Below, piece after piece: positions 28,803-39,895 of a stretch of DNA of 64,000 nt. The stretch is from Gammaproteobacteria bacterium (GTDB lineage Bacteria; Pseudomonadota; Gammaproteobacteria; Acidiferrobacterales; SZUA-150). Numbering within the stretch: position 1 is the stretch's first letter; each line of letters begins with the position of its first letter. The notes under the pieces are model-generated. The model was not told where the DNA came from. It searched no databases and worked only from the letters and a program-made list of their open reading frames with translations. Location of the stretch: assembly GCA_029880545.1 (NCBI GenBank), contig JAOUOD010000004.1:141712-205711 (forward strand). Reading direction: 5' to 3'. The position numbers and the translations under genes are program-made.

Positions 28803-30683
28803 TTAATGGGCCTCACCGGCTGGTTTGTCCTGTACCGGTGCCGCAGTGTCATCGACAAGGTGGGCATCCATGATCGACCTGGCGATGGGTCCGGCTGCGG
28901 CACCACCGGAGCCGCCGTTTTCCACAATTACCGCTACCGCGATGCGCGGGTCCTCGGCAGGCGCAAAGGCGATGAACAGGGCGTGATCCCGAAACTTCTC
29001 CGGGGTATTTTCCTTGTCGTAATAGGCGCCCTGGGCAATGGAGCGAACCTGTGATGTACCGGTTTTGCCGGCAATCCGGTAAGGCGCGCCCCAGCCCGCC
29101 CGTTGGGCCGTGCCGATGTCGCTATGAACCACGGCCACCATGTCTTCGATGACGCTTTCAATATGCGGTTCCATGGTTGCCGGAATGCGGCCAGTGATTT
29201 TTGCGGCTACCGGGTAGTGCTCACCGCTGCTGGCGTCCGTATAGCTTTTGACCAGAGCAGGTTTCATCCGTAGCCCGCGATTGGCCATGGTGGCAGCGGC
29301 ATTGGCCAGCTGCAGCGGTGTGGCCAGCATCATGCCCTGGCCGATGCCGTTCATAATGGTTTCGCCCGGGTACCAGGTGCCACCGATGGATTCTTTCCAT
29401 TCCTTTGTCGGAATCAGGCCGGTGGGCTCATCATCGAGATCAATTGTTGTATGAGAACCCAGGCCGAATGCAGCCAGTCCTTCTTTCATTCTCTGGTTGC
29501 CCAGCTTTTGGGCCAGTCGATAGAAATACACGTCGCAGGATTGGGCAATGGCCTTGCGCATACTGGTGGCGCCGTGACCGTCACGTTTCCAGTCTCGGAA
29601 CCGGTGGCTGTCGCCCGGCAAGGTAAACGAGCCGAAGCAGTTTTCCGATGTGTTTCGTGACAACAGTCCCGAGCCGAGTGCCGCCAGGGCCAGGAACGGT
29701 TTGATTGTCGAGCCTGGAGCGTAGCGACCCCCCAGTGCGCGATTGATGAGCGGCTTGGAGGGATCCTTCAACAGGGCCTGGAAACTTTCAGTGTCAATTC
29801 CGTCTACAAAAGAGTTAGGGTCGTACATGGGTGTGCTGGCAAAAGCCAGGACGGCGCCGGTTCTGGGTTCGATGGCAACTGCTGCACCACGTTTGCCGGC
29901 GAGAGCGGTTTCAGCAGCCCGTTGCAGTTTCATATCCAGGTTCAGCTGAAGATTGAGCCCTGCGCGGGCCGGGTTGCGATCGACAATATTGACAATACGA
30001 CCGTGGGCATTGATTTCGGCCTTGATGTTGCCGACGGTACCCAAAAGAACGGATTCATGTGATGACTCGACACCGAGCTTGCCGATATGGTTGGTGCCGC
30101 GATAGGCGGTGGCGTCAATATTCTGGATATCACGGTCGTTGATCCGGCCTACATAGCCCAGCAAATGCACGGCAGATTCACCTTGCGGGTAATAGCGCTG
30201 CAAGCGTGCGTGCAGTTCCACGCCGTTAAGGTAGGGCCGGTTGACGGCAATGTGCCCGGCTTCTTCATCGCTGAGATGGGTTCTGAGTTGCAGGCTCTCA
30301 AATCTTGGTCGTTCACGAAGCTGGCGTCGGAAACGCTTGATATCCGCGGGTGTCAGGGTGATCAGCTTGCCCAGCGAGTCGAGCAGCTGTTCCATGTCAT
30401 CCACCTGTTCCGGGGTCACTTCGATGGTGTAGATAGAGAAGTTTTTGGCCAGAACAACACCGTTTCGATCGAATATGCTGCCGCGAACCGGGGGCAGCGC
30501 GACCGGGTTGATCCGGTTTTTCTGGGACAGGGTTTCGTAATGACTGTGACTGATGATCTGCAGGTAGACCAGCCTGCTCAGCAGGATGAGTGTTAACAGC
30601 AGCACAAACGCGCCGGCAATGGTGATGCGTTGCGTGAAAATACGTGTTTCACGGAAGTGATCTTTTATGGGTATATCGAGCAT
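28803..30683 (-). CDS. mrdA: penicillin-binding protein 2 (elongasome transpeptidase)
   Basis: PBP dimerisation plus transpeptidase domains with STIKP (SxxK), SCD (SxD) and KTGT motifs. Confidence 0.93.
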   Translation of the reverse strand: MLDIPIKDHFRETRIFTQRITIAGAFVLLLTLILLSRLVYLQIISHSHYETLSQKNRINPVALPPVRGSIFDRNGVVLAKNFSIYTIEVTPEQVDDMEQLLDSLGKLITLTPADIKRFRRQLRERPRFESLQLRTHLSDEEAGHIAVNRPYLNGVELHARLQRYYPQGESAVHLLGYVGRINDRDIQNIDATAYRGTNHIGKLGVESSHESVLLGTVGNIKAEINAHGRIVNIVDRNPARAGLNLQLNLDMKLQRAAETALAGKRGAAVAIEPRTGAVLAFASTPMYDPNSFVDGIDTESFQALLKDPSKPLINRALGGRYAPGSTIKPFLALAALGSGLLSRNTSENCFGSFTLPGDSHRFRDWKRDGHGATSMRKAIAQSCDVYFYRLAQKLGNQRMKEGLAAFGLGSHTTIDLDDEPTGLIPTKEWKESIGGTWYPGETIMNGIGQGMMLATPLQLANAAATMANRGLRMKPALVKSYTDASSGEHYPVAAKITGRIPATMEPHIESVIEDMVAVVHSDIGTAQRAGWGAPYRIAGKTGTSQVRSIAQGAYYDKENTPEKFRDHALFIAFAPAEDPRIAVAVIVENGGSGGAAAGPIARSIMDAHLVDDTAAPVQDKPAGEAH

Positions 30684-30689
30684 TGTCGA

Positions 30690-31169
30690 TCAGGCAAACC
30701 TGCGGCGCAGGTTGCGCAAGACTGTGGACAAGACCGGCCACAGTGCTGCACCGACTATAATGGTAAACCATAATTTTCCTGGCGCATCTGCCTGCCCGCC
30801 AATGGTCCGGACCCAGATGATGATAATATGGTTAATCGTCAGCAGCAGTCCGACTACCAGCGCCTGTTGCCAGGGCGGATAGATGCGGACACGCAGATGC
30901 AGTTTCAGCACCAGGAAAGCCAGCAGTGTCTTGGCCAGGGCGTGCTGGCCAAGCATCGAACCATAAACCACGTCCAGTAACAGCCCCGCAAACCAGCCGG
31001 TGCCTATGCCAATTCGCTCGGGCAGAACAAGGCACCAGTAGATCAGTACCAGCGCCACCCAGTCCGGGCGCAATGGATCGAGCCAGTCGGGACCGGAAAT
31101 GCTGGCCAGGATAAAGGCAATAACAAAACTTCCGGCAATCCCCAGTCTTCGCTTGTTATCCAGCGTCAT
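30690..31169 (-). CDS. mreD: rod shape-determining protein MreD
   Basis: 159-aa polytopic membrane protein directly after mreC, with a 4-nt overlap. Confidence 0.88.
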   Translation of the reverse strand: MTLDNKRRLGIAGSFVIAFILASISGPDWLDPLRPDWVALVLIYWCLVLPERIGIGTGWFAGLLLDVVYGSMLGQHALAKTLLAFLVLKLHLRVRIYPPWQQALVVGLLLTINHIIIIWVRTIGGQADAPGKLWFTIIVGAALWPVLSTVLRNLRRRFA

Positions 31170-32044
31170 GGCTTGTCGGCCCCCGGTTTTGTGGCGGCAT
31201 CCAGTTGTGGCCAGATCAGCAAAACTTCCTTGTAGTTGTTCAGTTGTGCCGCCGGAGTTGCTGCCACCAGCAGGTGGGGTTCGTTGGGGTCATGCTTGAT
31301 TGATCGGATCTGGCCGACAGGATAGCCGGGAGGAAACCGTCCGCCCATGCCCGACGTAATGAGTGCATCGCCTTCGCGTACGTCAGCGGAGTTGGTCAGG
31401 TAGGGTAATGCCAGCCCGTTGTCGGTACTGTTGCCTACAGCAATAGTGCGCAGACCGTTTCTCATGACCATGACCGGTATGGCATGACCGGGGTCGGTAA
31501 TCAGTGTGACCGTACTGTTGACTGCGCCTACCTGCGTCACCTGGCCGACTATGCCGTGAGCATCTATTACCGGCTGACCGCGATAGACATTTTTGTTCAG
31601 CCCGCGGTCTATAATGATGGTCTGGGTGTAGGGGTCGGGGTGGACTTTCAGGAGCTCCGATACCATGGCTTTGCTGGTCACGCGTTCGGCTGAATCCAGT
31701 AATAGCCTCAGTCGCTTGTTTTCTTCTTCAAGTGCATCCAGTTGCTGCAGCCGCGCCAACAGCAATGGCCGCTCCTGTTTCAGCTTGTCATAGTCTTCAT
31801 GGAAGCTGGTGTTGCTGAGCAGGTTTTCCGAAATCGTGGCATACATGATGCCCGGGATCGCGGCAACAACCTGGATCGGGTAGACAACCACAGACAACGC
31901 AGCCCGAATCCGGCCCATGTGTTCACCACGTTGATCCAGGCTGATCAGCGCGATGGAAAGCACGACAAAAATCACCAGTCTTGGTAGCAGAGATTGGCCG
32001 GTATTGAACGGCTTGTCTCGGCCCAGTGTTTGATCCATGCGCAT
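31166..32044 (-). CDS. mreC: rod shape-determining protein MreC
   Basis: N-terminal TM, coiled coil (LEEENKRLRLLL) and beta-barrel domains (GIVGQVTQV ... TSGMGGRFPPGYPVG). Confidence 0.9.
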   Translation of the reverse strand: MRMDQTLGRDKPFNTGQSLLPRLVIFVVLSIALISLDQRGEHMGRIRAALSVVVYPIQVVAAIPGIMYATISENLLSNTSFHEDYDKLKQERPLLLARLQQLDALEEENKRLRLLLDSAERVTSKAMVSELLKVHPDPYTQTIIIDRGLNKNVYRGQPVIDAHGIVGQVTQVGAVNSTVTLITDPGHAIPVMVMRNGLRTIAVGNSTDNGLALPYLTNSADVREGDALITSGMGGRFPPGYPVGQIRSIKHDPNEPHLLVAATPAAQLNNYKEVLLIWPQLDAATKPGADKP

Positions 32045-32080
32045 CGGGGTTACCCCTGTGTTGAGCCGGCCTGTGCAGGC

Positions 32081-33139
<1,059 letters not shown>

Positions 33140-33248
33140 TCATCTAATTATATTAAGTGGGCCAACTCTAGCAATCCGGGCATACGGGTTCAACCAAAAC
33201 TCCTATTATGATAATTTGCGCCTTTCCTCACCTATGGTGCTGATCACA

Positions 33249-33551
33249 ATGTCGTCAAAAGCAGTTCAGTTGGGTCGTGAAGAAGTGGCGAAAATCGCTC
33301 ACCTGGCCCGGCTCGAGATGAATGATAAGGAGGCCGAGGCCTATGCCGGTAGCCTGTCACAGATACTCGGGCTCATTGAGCAGATGAATGCCGTCGATAC
33401 CACCGGTATTGCGCCGATGGCACACCCGCGTGATGCCGTATTGCGTTTGCGTGAAGATGTTGTGACTGAAGAAAACCAGCGAGACAGGTTTCAGGCCGTG
33501 GCCCCGGAAACGGAAAATGGCCTGTTTCTCGTTCCCAAGGTTATTGAGTGA
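33249..33551 (+). CDS. gatC: Asp-tRNA(Asn)/Glu-tRNA(Gln) amidotransferase subunit C
   Basis: [12 protein letters not shown] ... [13 protein letters not shown] is typical GatC. I chose ATG 33249; the longer track ORF overlaps mreB. Confidence 0.92.
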   Translation: MSSKAVQLGREEVAKIAHLARLEMNDKEAEAYAGSLSQILGLIEQMNAVDTTGIAPMAHPRDAVLRLREDVVTEENQRDRFQAVAPETENGLFLVPKVIE

Positions 33552-33589
33552 GCGCGAACCCTATTCACGCCTGCAGGAAGCCCTGATCC

Positions 33590-35047
33590 ATGCCGTATCG
33601 TAAAACCGTCAAGCAATTGTCCGATGCCTTGGCTGCCGGAGAACTGTCCAGTGTCGAATTGACCCGGGCCTATCTGGACCGCATAGGCGCCAACAAGGCC
33701 ATTAACGCCTTCATCACTGTTGATGAGGAGCAGGCCCTGGCCCAGGCGCGCGAGGCTGATGCCCGACGCGCTGCCGGCAATGCCACCGCCATGACCGGTA
33801 TCCCGGTGGCGCAGAAAGACATCTTCTGTACGGATGGCTTGTTGACCACCTGTGGCTCGAAAATCCTGTCCAATTTTGTTTCGCCCTACGACGCCACCGT
33901 CATCGCCCGGTTCAGGCAGGCCGGTGCCGTGACCCTGGGCAAGACCAACATGGACGAATTTGCCATGGGCTCATCCAACGAAACCTCGTTTTACGGAAAC
34001 GTGCAAAACCCGTGGAATACGAAACTCGTGCCCGGCGGCAGTTCCGGTGGTTCCGCCGCCGCGGTGGCGGCGCGACTGGCGCCGGTTTCAACCGGTACCG
34101 ATACCGGCGGCTCGATCCGGCAACCGGCGGCCTTTTGCGGTATTACCGGGCTGAAACCCAGCTACGGCCGGGTATCGCGTTTCGGCATGATTGCTTTTGC
34201 CTCCAGTCTCGACCAGGCCGGGCCGATGGCGCAAAGCGCCGAGGATGCGGCGCTGATGCTCAATGTCATGTGCGGCTTTGATGAGCGTGATTCGACCTCG
34301 CTGAACGAGGAGGTGCCCGATTTTACCACCGGCCTCGGCCATGACCTGAAAGGTCTGAAGATTGGTCTGCCGGAAGAATTTTTTGGCGATGGCCTGAACG
34401 ATGAAGTGCGTGCCGCCGTGGACGCGGCCATTGCCGAGTATAAAAAGCTGGGCGCCGAGGTAGTTTCCATCAGCCTGCCCAACAGCAACCTGGCAGTACC
34501 GTGTTATTACGTGCTGGCACCGGCTGAAGCGTCGAGCAACCTGTCGCGGTTTGACGGTGTCCGGTTTGGTTACCGCGCGCCGGAATATACCGATCTCATG
34601 GATATGTACAAAAAAACCCGCGCCCAGGGCTTTGGTGCCGAGGTCAAGCGCCGCATCATGATTGGCACCTATGCCTTGTCGGCAGGCTATTACGACGCCT
34701 ATTACGTCAAGGCCCAGAAACTGCGTCGATTGATTGCCGAGGACTTCAGGCAGGCGTTTGAGCAATGTGATGTAATCATGGGCCCGACCACGCCGACGAC
34801 AGCTTTTGCCATTGGCGACAAGACCGATGACCCGGTGGCCATGTACCTGAACGATATTTATACCATCTCGGTCAACCTGGCCGGCCTGCCGGGCATGTCA
34901 GTTCCTGCCGGGTTTGACAGCAAGGGACTGCCTATTGGTTTGCAGATTATCGGGCCGTACCTGGCCGAAGCGAAGCTGCTCAACGTGGCGCATCAGTATC
35001 AACAAGTTACCGACTGGCATACGCGTATGCCGGCGGCGTTTGAGTGA
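33590..35047 (+). CDS. gatA: Asp-tRNA(Asn)/Glu-tRNA(Gln) amidotransferase subunit A
   Basis: Amidase signature [13 protein letters not shown] ... [13 protein letters not shown]. Confidence 0.96.
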   Translation: MPYRKTVKQLSDALAAGELSSVELTRAYLDRIGANKAINAFITVDEEQALAQAREADARRAAGNATAMTGIPVAQKDIFCTDGLLTTCGSKILSNFVSPYDATVIARFRQAGAVTLGKTNMDEFAMGSSNETSFYGNVQNPWNTKLVPGGSSGGSAAAVAARLAPVSTGTDTGGSIRQPAAFCGITGLKPSYGRVSRFGMIAFASSLDQAGPMAQSAEDAALMLNVMCGFDERDSTSLNEEVPDFTTGLGHDLKGLKIGLPEEFFGDGLNDEVRAAVDAAIAEYKKLGAEVVSISLPNSNLAVPCYYVLAPAEASSNLSRFDGVRFGYRAPEYTDLMDMYKKTRAQGFGAEVKRRIMIGTYALSAGYYDAYYVKAQKLRRLIAEDFRQAFEQCDVIMGPTTPTTAFAIGDKTDDPVAMYLNDIYTISVNLAGLPGMSVPAGFDSKGLPIGLQIIGPYLAEAKLLNVAHQYQQVTDWHTRMPAAFE

Positions 35048-35057
35048 GGTCAGGCGC

Positions 35058-36491
35058 ATGGAATGGGAAACCGTCATCGGCCTTGAGGTGCATGTGCAGC
35101 TCACTACCCAAAGCAAGATTTTTTCCGGTGCATCCATCCGGTATGGTGCCGAACCCAATACCCAGGCCTGTGCTGTCGACCTGGGATTGCCGGGCGTATT
35201 GCCGGTGATGAACGAAAATGCCGTGCGCAAGGCGGTCAAGTTCGGCCTTGCCATCGGCGCGAAAATCAATCATCGCTCGGTATTTGCACGAAAGAATTAC
35301 TTTTACCCGGACCTGCCCAAGGGCTACCAGATTTCGCAGTTCGAGCTGCCCATTGTTGATCGCGGCAGCCTGACCATCGAAGTGAACGGTGAAGAGAAGG
35401 TTATCGGTGTTACCCGCGCCCATCTTGAAGAAGATGCCGGCAAGTCATTGCACGAGGATTTTCATGGCATGACCGGCATTGATCTGAATCGCGCCGGTAC
35501 GCCGTTGCTGGAAATCGTTTCCGAGCCGGATATGCGCAGCCCGCAGGAAGCTGTCGCCTATCTCAAGAAGCTGCACGAACTGGTGCGCTACCTGGAAATC
35601 TGTGATGGCAATATGCAGGAAGGTTCATTCCGCTGCGACGCCAATGTCTCGGTCAGGCCGAAAGGCCAGAAAGAATTCGGTACCCGTGCCGAGCTGAAAA
35701 ATATCAACTCGTTCCGGTTCATAGAAAAGGCCATCGAGTTCGAGGTAGAGCGCCAGATCGATGTCATTGAAAACGGTGGCCAGGTTGTGCAGGAAACGCG
35801 TCTTTACGACTCGGTGAAAGACGTTACCCGTTCCATGCGCAGCAAGGAGGAAGCCAACGATTACCGGTACTTCCCTGACCCGGACCTGCCGCCCATGGAT
35901 ATCGATGAACGTTTTATCGAGGCTGTACGCAAGACCTTGCCGGAGCTGCCCGATGCCAAGCGTGCACGCTTTATCCGGGATTACGAGTTGTCTGAATACG
36001 ATGCCGGCGTACTGACTGCCAGCCGGGATATGGCCGATTATTTTGAATCGACGGTCAAGGCCGTCGGTGGCGAAGCCAAGCTGGTAGCCAACTGGATGAC
36101 AGGCGAATTGAGCGGCTACCTCAACAAGGATGGTCGCGATATTATTGATTCACCGGTAACAGCAGAAATGCTCGCCGGGCTGGTGCACCGTATTGCCGAT
36201 AACACCATTTCCGGCAAGATTGCCAAGAGTGTTTTTGAGGCCATGTGGAACGGTGAGGGTGATGCCGATACGGTTATCGACAAAAGGGGTCTGAAGCAGA
36301 TTACCGATACCGGCGCCATTGAAAGCCTGGTCGACGAAGTCATCGCTGCAAACCCGGAACAGGCACAACAATATCGTGATGGCCAGGAGAAACTGCTCGG
36401 TTTCTTTGTCGGCCAGATTATGAAAGCATCCGCGGGCAAGGCGAACCCCGGGCAGGTTAACCAGTTGTTGAAGCAAAAGCTCAAGGCTTAG
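35058..36491 (+). CDS. gatB: Asp-tRNA(Asn)/Glu-tRNA(Gln) amidotransferase subunit B
   Basis: [15 protein letters not shown] ... is the canonical GatB N-terminus, followed by a YqeY-like C-terminal domain. I chose ATG 35058. Confidence 0.96.
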   Translation: MEWETVIGLEVHVQLTTQSKIFSGASIRYGAEPNTQACAVDLGLPGVLPVMNENAVRKAVKFGLAIGAKINHRSVFARKNYFYPDLPKGYQISQFELPIVDRGSLTIEVNGEEKVIGVTRAHLEEDAGKSLHEDFHGMTGIDLNRAGTPLLEIVSEPDMRSPQEAVAYLKKLHELVRYLEICDGNMQEGSFRCDANVSVRPKGQKEFGTRAELKNINSFRFIEKAIEFEVERQIDVIENGGQVVQETRLYDSVKDVTRSMRSKEEANDYRYFPDPDLPPMDIDERFIEAVRKTLPELPDAKRARFIRDYELSEYDAGVLTASRDMADYFESTVKAVGGEAKLVANWMTGELSGYLNKDGRDIIDSPVTAEMLAGLVHRIADNTISGKIAKSVFEAMWNGEGDADTVIDKRGLKQITDTGAIESLVDEVIAANPEQAQQYRDGQEKLLGFFVGQIMKASAGKANPGQVNQLLKQKLKA

Positions 36492-36534
36492 GGCACTTCC
36501 AACACAATGCTTCAAGCAATGCAGGAGTCAAGGC

Positions 36535-37275
36535 ATGCCACTTCGTGAAGAATTTGAATCCAGCGGCAACTGGTTGTTCCGCTGGCGCAGTTACCTGCCA
36601 CTGGTGATGGTGGCACTGTTTTTTGTCTCGCTTTACGCCTACGAGTTTCCCGGTGGCAGTGAGTACCTGGCGCACATGTGGGAAGCTGTCTGTCTGGCGG
36701 TCAGTTTCTTCGGCCTGGCGGTCCGGGTCTTTACCATTGGCCACACCCCCAAGGGTACTTCCGGTCGCAATACCCGTCAGCAAGTGGCCGAAACCGTCAA
36801 TACCACGGGTATTTATTCGACCGTGCGCCACCCGTTGTATGTAGGCAATTTTTTCATGATTCTCGGCCTGGCCATGTACCTGTTCCTGTGGTGGCTGGTG
36901 GTGATTTATGTGCTGGCCTTCTGGGTGTACTACGAGCGCATCATGTTTGCCGAGGAAGAGTTCCTGCGCAAAAAGTTTGGCGAACAGTATGAATCGTGGG
37001 CGAGCCGGACACCGGCGTTTATTCCGCGACTGGGAAGTTACGTCAAACCCAATTTGCCGTTTTCCCTGCGCAATGTTTTGCGCCGCGAGTACAACGGTTT
37101 TTTTGCCATCATGTTGCTGATGTTTGCCCTGGAGCTGGCCGGTGACTGGGTAGTGACCGGCAAGCTGGCCATGCAATTGCACTGGCAGGTGTTAATGGCG
37201 ATAAGTGTCGCCATATGGGCAGGACTGAGGCTGCTGAAGAAATTCACCAGGGTGTTGAATGTCGACGGCCGCTAA
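36535..37275 (+). CDS. membrane methyltransferase, isoprenylcysteine carboxyl methyltransferase (ICMT/PEMT) family
   Basis: Polytopic protein with the ICMT-type motif GIYSTVRHPLYVGNF ... EEEFLRKKFGEQYESW. Confidence 0.7.
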   Translation: MPLREEFESSGNWLFRWRSYLPLVMVALFFVSLYAYEFPGGSEYLAHMWEAVCLAVSFFGLAVRVFTIGHTPKGTSGRNTRQQVAETVNTTGIYSTVRHPLYVGNFFMILGLAMYLFLWWLVVIYVLAFWVYYERIMFAEEEFLRKKFGEQYESWASRTPAFIPRLGSYVKPNLPFSLRNVLRREYNGFFAIMLLMFALELAGDWVVTGKLAMQLHWQVLMAISVAIWAGLRLLKKFTRVLNVDGR

Positions 37276-37415
37276 CCGGACCCTTGACGAGGCCGGGTGT
37301 TGAGTATTGCGCAACCGCCGCGCAGAAATTCGGATTCGACAATGACGTCATCTGCTACTAAAATATTGGCCTGATTCAACAATCGATTTGCAGTACTTAC
37401 TTTTACCACTTTACA

Positions 37416-37423
37416 GGGGGGGG
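37416..37423 (+). repeat. G8 homopolymer inside the ribosome-binding region of the lipoprotein gene
   Basis: ACAGGGGGGGGAGATAATG: eight consecutive G end 5 nt before the ATG at 37429. It is the longest G/C run I noticed in the window. Confidence 0.95.
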
Positions 37424-37428
37424 AGATA

Positions 37429-37980
37429 ATGAAAGCAGGAATTGTTCGCAAACTATCCGCACTGGCACTGGCCGGACTTTTGTTCGGCTGTGGACCGGAA
37501 GGCGATGACGGCCTGGCCTACATGTCATTTGACTGGTCAACAGCAGCCCACGGCTGGACATTCACAACTACCAACGTCTCACTGCCATCCACGATCATCC
37601 GGAACTCGGAATACCAGGTACAGCCGGGCTCCTACGCCATGAGCATCTGGGGTGCGTCTGGATGCAATAGTTACTACCTGTCCTACACGATTACGGTCGA
37701 CGAAGGCGACGCTGGCCCGCATCCGCTGATCGTTGGCGCGGACGGTGACGACACGTACTATGACGTGTACGTCTGGTGCTTCTCAGCGCCTGACCTCTAC
37801 ATTTCCGGCGAAGACGTCAATGCTCCGGAACTGCTGTCGCTCAAATCAAGCAACAATGACGTTGCCCACGAAGTCGTGGACCAGATGTCTGTTGGCGTTA
37901 TGGCTGCCACGCCGGTGAAGACCATCAGCAAGGTCTCTGGTGGCTACCGCCTGGAAGCAGAAATCTACGAAGTTAAGTAA
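37429..37980 (+). CDS. lipoprotein of unknown function
   Basis: Signal peptide plus lipobox (LLFGCG). The 160-aa mature part is Asp/Gly/Tyr-rich and beta-type, with no motif I recognise. Confidence 0.6.
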   Translation: MKAGIVRKLSALALAGLLFGCGPEGDDGLAYMSFDWSTAAHGWTFTTTNVSLPSTIIRNSEYQVQPGSYAMSIWGASGCNSYYLSYTITVDEGDAGPHPLIVGADGDDTYYDVYVWCFSAPDLYISGEDVNAPELLSLKSSNNDVAHEVVDQMSVGVMAATPVKTISKVSGGYRLEAEIYEVK

Positions 37981-38009
37981 TCGGCCCAGGCTTAAAGCCT
38001 GTTCCGGCA

Positions 38010-38040
38010 ACGGCCCGCCTTCGGCGGGCCGTTTGCTTTG
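38010..38040 (+). terminator. rho-independent terminator after the lipoprotein gene
   Basis: ACGGCCCGCC-ttcg-GGCGGGCCGT followed by TTGCTTT. A smaller hairpin (CAGGC-ttaaa-GCCTG) precedes it. Confidence 0.85.
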
Positions 38041-38139
38041 GTGCCCCTGAATGACTTGGCGGGCTGGCCCGACCGGCAGCGTTTGCGATCAATGCCAGAT
38101 TGGCGCAAAGTAGTGCCACCACGAAATCGGGAGCGCGCC

Positions 38140-38757
38140 ATGCTTGATCGCAAGTCCCACTGGGAGCAGGTATACCAGGACAAAAATCCGACCGAGGTCA
38201 GCTGGTTCCAGGTAAAGCCTTCAGTGTCGCTGGAGTTGATTGCCGGAACCGGTATCGACAAGCATGCATATATTATTGACGTCGGTGGTGGTGCCTCCAG
38301 TCTTGCCCGGTATCTGCACGATGCCGGTTATCACAAGCTCGCTGTTCTGGATATTTCCGCCCATTCGCTGCAATACGCACGCAAACTCATGGCCGCCCAT
38401 GCTGATGAGGTGGAGTGGCTGGAGCAGGATGTGACGCAGTTTGTTCCCGGCCACGCCTATACGCTGTGGCATGATCGTGCCGTGTTTCATTTCCTGACCG
38501 AGGAAGCGGATCGCCAGCGATATGTCGATGTGCTGAGGCGCGTCCTGGCCCGGGGCGGTCATGTGATTATTGCGACCTTTGCCATAGGTGGCCCGGCCCG
38601 TTGCAGTGGCCTGGACATTGTGCAATACGATGCCGACAAGTTGCTGGCGGTATTGGGTGATGGTTTCGACCTGATGCAGCAGGTTGCCGAAGAGCATGTG
38701 ACACCGAGTGGTAAAAACCAGGAGTTCCGTTATTTTTACCTGCGCTACCGTCCATGA
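38140..38757 (+). CDS. class I SAM-dependent methyltransferase
   Basis: HWEQVY ... SAM motif I IIDVGGGAS ... LDIS ... I chose ATG 38140 because the track start at 38038 lies inside the upstream terminator. Confidence 0.8.
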   Translation: MLDRKSHWEQVYQDKNPTEVSWFQVKPSVSLELIAGTGIDKHAYIIDVGGGASSLARYLHDAGYHKLAVLDISAHSLQYARKLMAAHADEVEWLEQDVTQFVPGHAYTLWHDRAVFHFLTEEADRQRYVDVLRRVLARGGHVIIATFAIGGPARCSGLDIVQYDADKLLAVLGDGFDLMQQVAEEHVTPSGKNQEFRYFYLRYRP

Positions 38758-38826
38758 AATCGTGCTTCAGCTGTCACTGGCTGGAGCAACAAATCCTTTC
38801 TGAATTGAAATCCTTGTGGGGCGTTT

Positions 38827-39117
38827 ATGGCGGCATATATCGTTGTTCGTATGAAAGTGGATGACCCGGCGTTACTGAAGGCCTACCAGGCAGCCACGCC
38901 CGCGGTGATTGCGCAATACAAGGGCAGGTTTATTGTTCGGGGCGGCAAAACCGTAACGCTCGAGGGTCCGGAGGAATCACGCCGTATTGTCATTATCGAG
39001 TTCCCGACGCTGGCGGATGCCGAGGCATTTTTCCATTCCCCGGAATACGCCGAGGCACGCAAGCTTCGCGATGATGTTTCAAGCGCCGAGTTTATCGCTG
39101 TTGAAGGAATAAGTTGA
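38827..39117 (+). CDS. DUF1330 domain protein
   Basis: MAAYIVVRMKV ... KGRFIVRGGK ... LEG ... RIVIIEFPTLADAEAFFHSPEYAEARKLR matches the DUF1330 pattern. Confidence 0.75.
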   Translation: MAAYIVVRMKVDDPALLKAYQAATPAVIAQYKGRFIVRGGKTVTLEGPEESRRIVIIEFPTLADAEAFFHSPEYAEARKLRDDVSSAEFIAVEGIS

Positions 39118-39464
39118 AAACCGAGCTTTCAACATTTCTGGTCAGGCAAGGCAAGGAGGTCCGGGCCCGGGAATGGATGGCCGTGCTTGTTTCCCGGCAG
39201 GCAGCGTGTGTTGATACCCTGGCACGGGAGAAAATGGTCATTGAATCAGTTTTCATGCTGGAACAGGCCGGCCGGCTGTATTTGACCTGGTATTCCGTGC
39301 AAAAGCCGGGGCATGAGACACCGGTATCTTCCGGGCATGACGTTGATCGGGAACACGTGTCTTTCTGGCAGGAATGTGTTGAAGAAGAAGTTGCCGATTA
39401 TCAGCACGCGGTGAGTTTTGTTCCTGGCGAGTTGAATAAAGCAATGGATAAACTTTATACCTGA
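39114..39464 (+). CDS. small hypothetical protein (possibly DUF6176-like alpha+beta fold)
   Basis: 116-aa ORF. The TTG start overlaps the upstream stop (TTGA). The family call is from memory and weak. Confidence 0.45.
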   Translation: MKTELSTFLVRQGKEVRAREWMAVLVSRQAACVDTLAREKMVIESVFMLEQAGRLYLTWYSVQKPGHETPVSSGHDVDREHVSFWQECVEEEVADYQHAVSFVPGELNKAMDKLYT

Positions 39465-39504
39465 AAATTATTTATCGATTTTATATCTAGACCTGGACCC
39501 AGGC

Positions 39505-39828
39505 GTGAAAACATTCATATACCATCTTGTTCCTGTTCGTCAGGACATGCTCAGAGACGGGCCCGATCCGGATGAAGCGTTGATAATCAGTGAGCATTTC
39601 CGGTATTTGAAACAATTGTGCGATGACGGTGTTGTACTCACCGCCGGTCGAACCGACACAGTGGATGAACATACTTTCGGTGTTGTTATACTTGAAGCTG
39701 AGTCTGAATCGATTGCCAGGGACATTATGAGGAAAGACCCGGCAACCCTGCACGGTATTATGCATGCGAGCCTGTATCCGTTTCGCCTTGCCTTGTGGTC
39801 GGATACCGGTCCTTCCGGTGTTGAATGA
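39505..39828 (+). CDS. YciI family protein
   Basis: 107 aa with the YciI-like pattern (FIYHLVP ... HFRYLKQL ... GVVLTAGRT ... GVVILEAESESIARDIMRKDP). GTG start. Confidence 0.65.
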   Translation: MKTFIYHLVPVRQDMLRDGPDPDEALIISEHFRYLKQLCDDGVVLTAGRTDTVDEHTFGVVILEAESESIARDIMRKDPATLHGIMHASLYPFRLALWSDTGPSGVE

Positions 39829-39895
39829 ATTTGTCCCGCGCGGCATCTATACTGTTTCAGTATCTGCCAAATATTTATATGAATAATGAGCCGAC

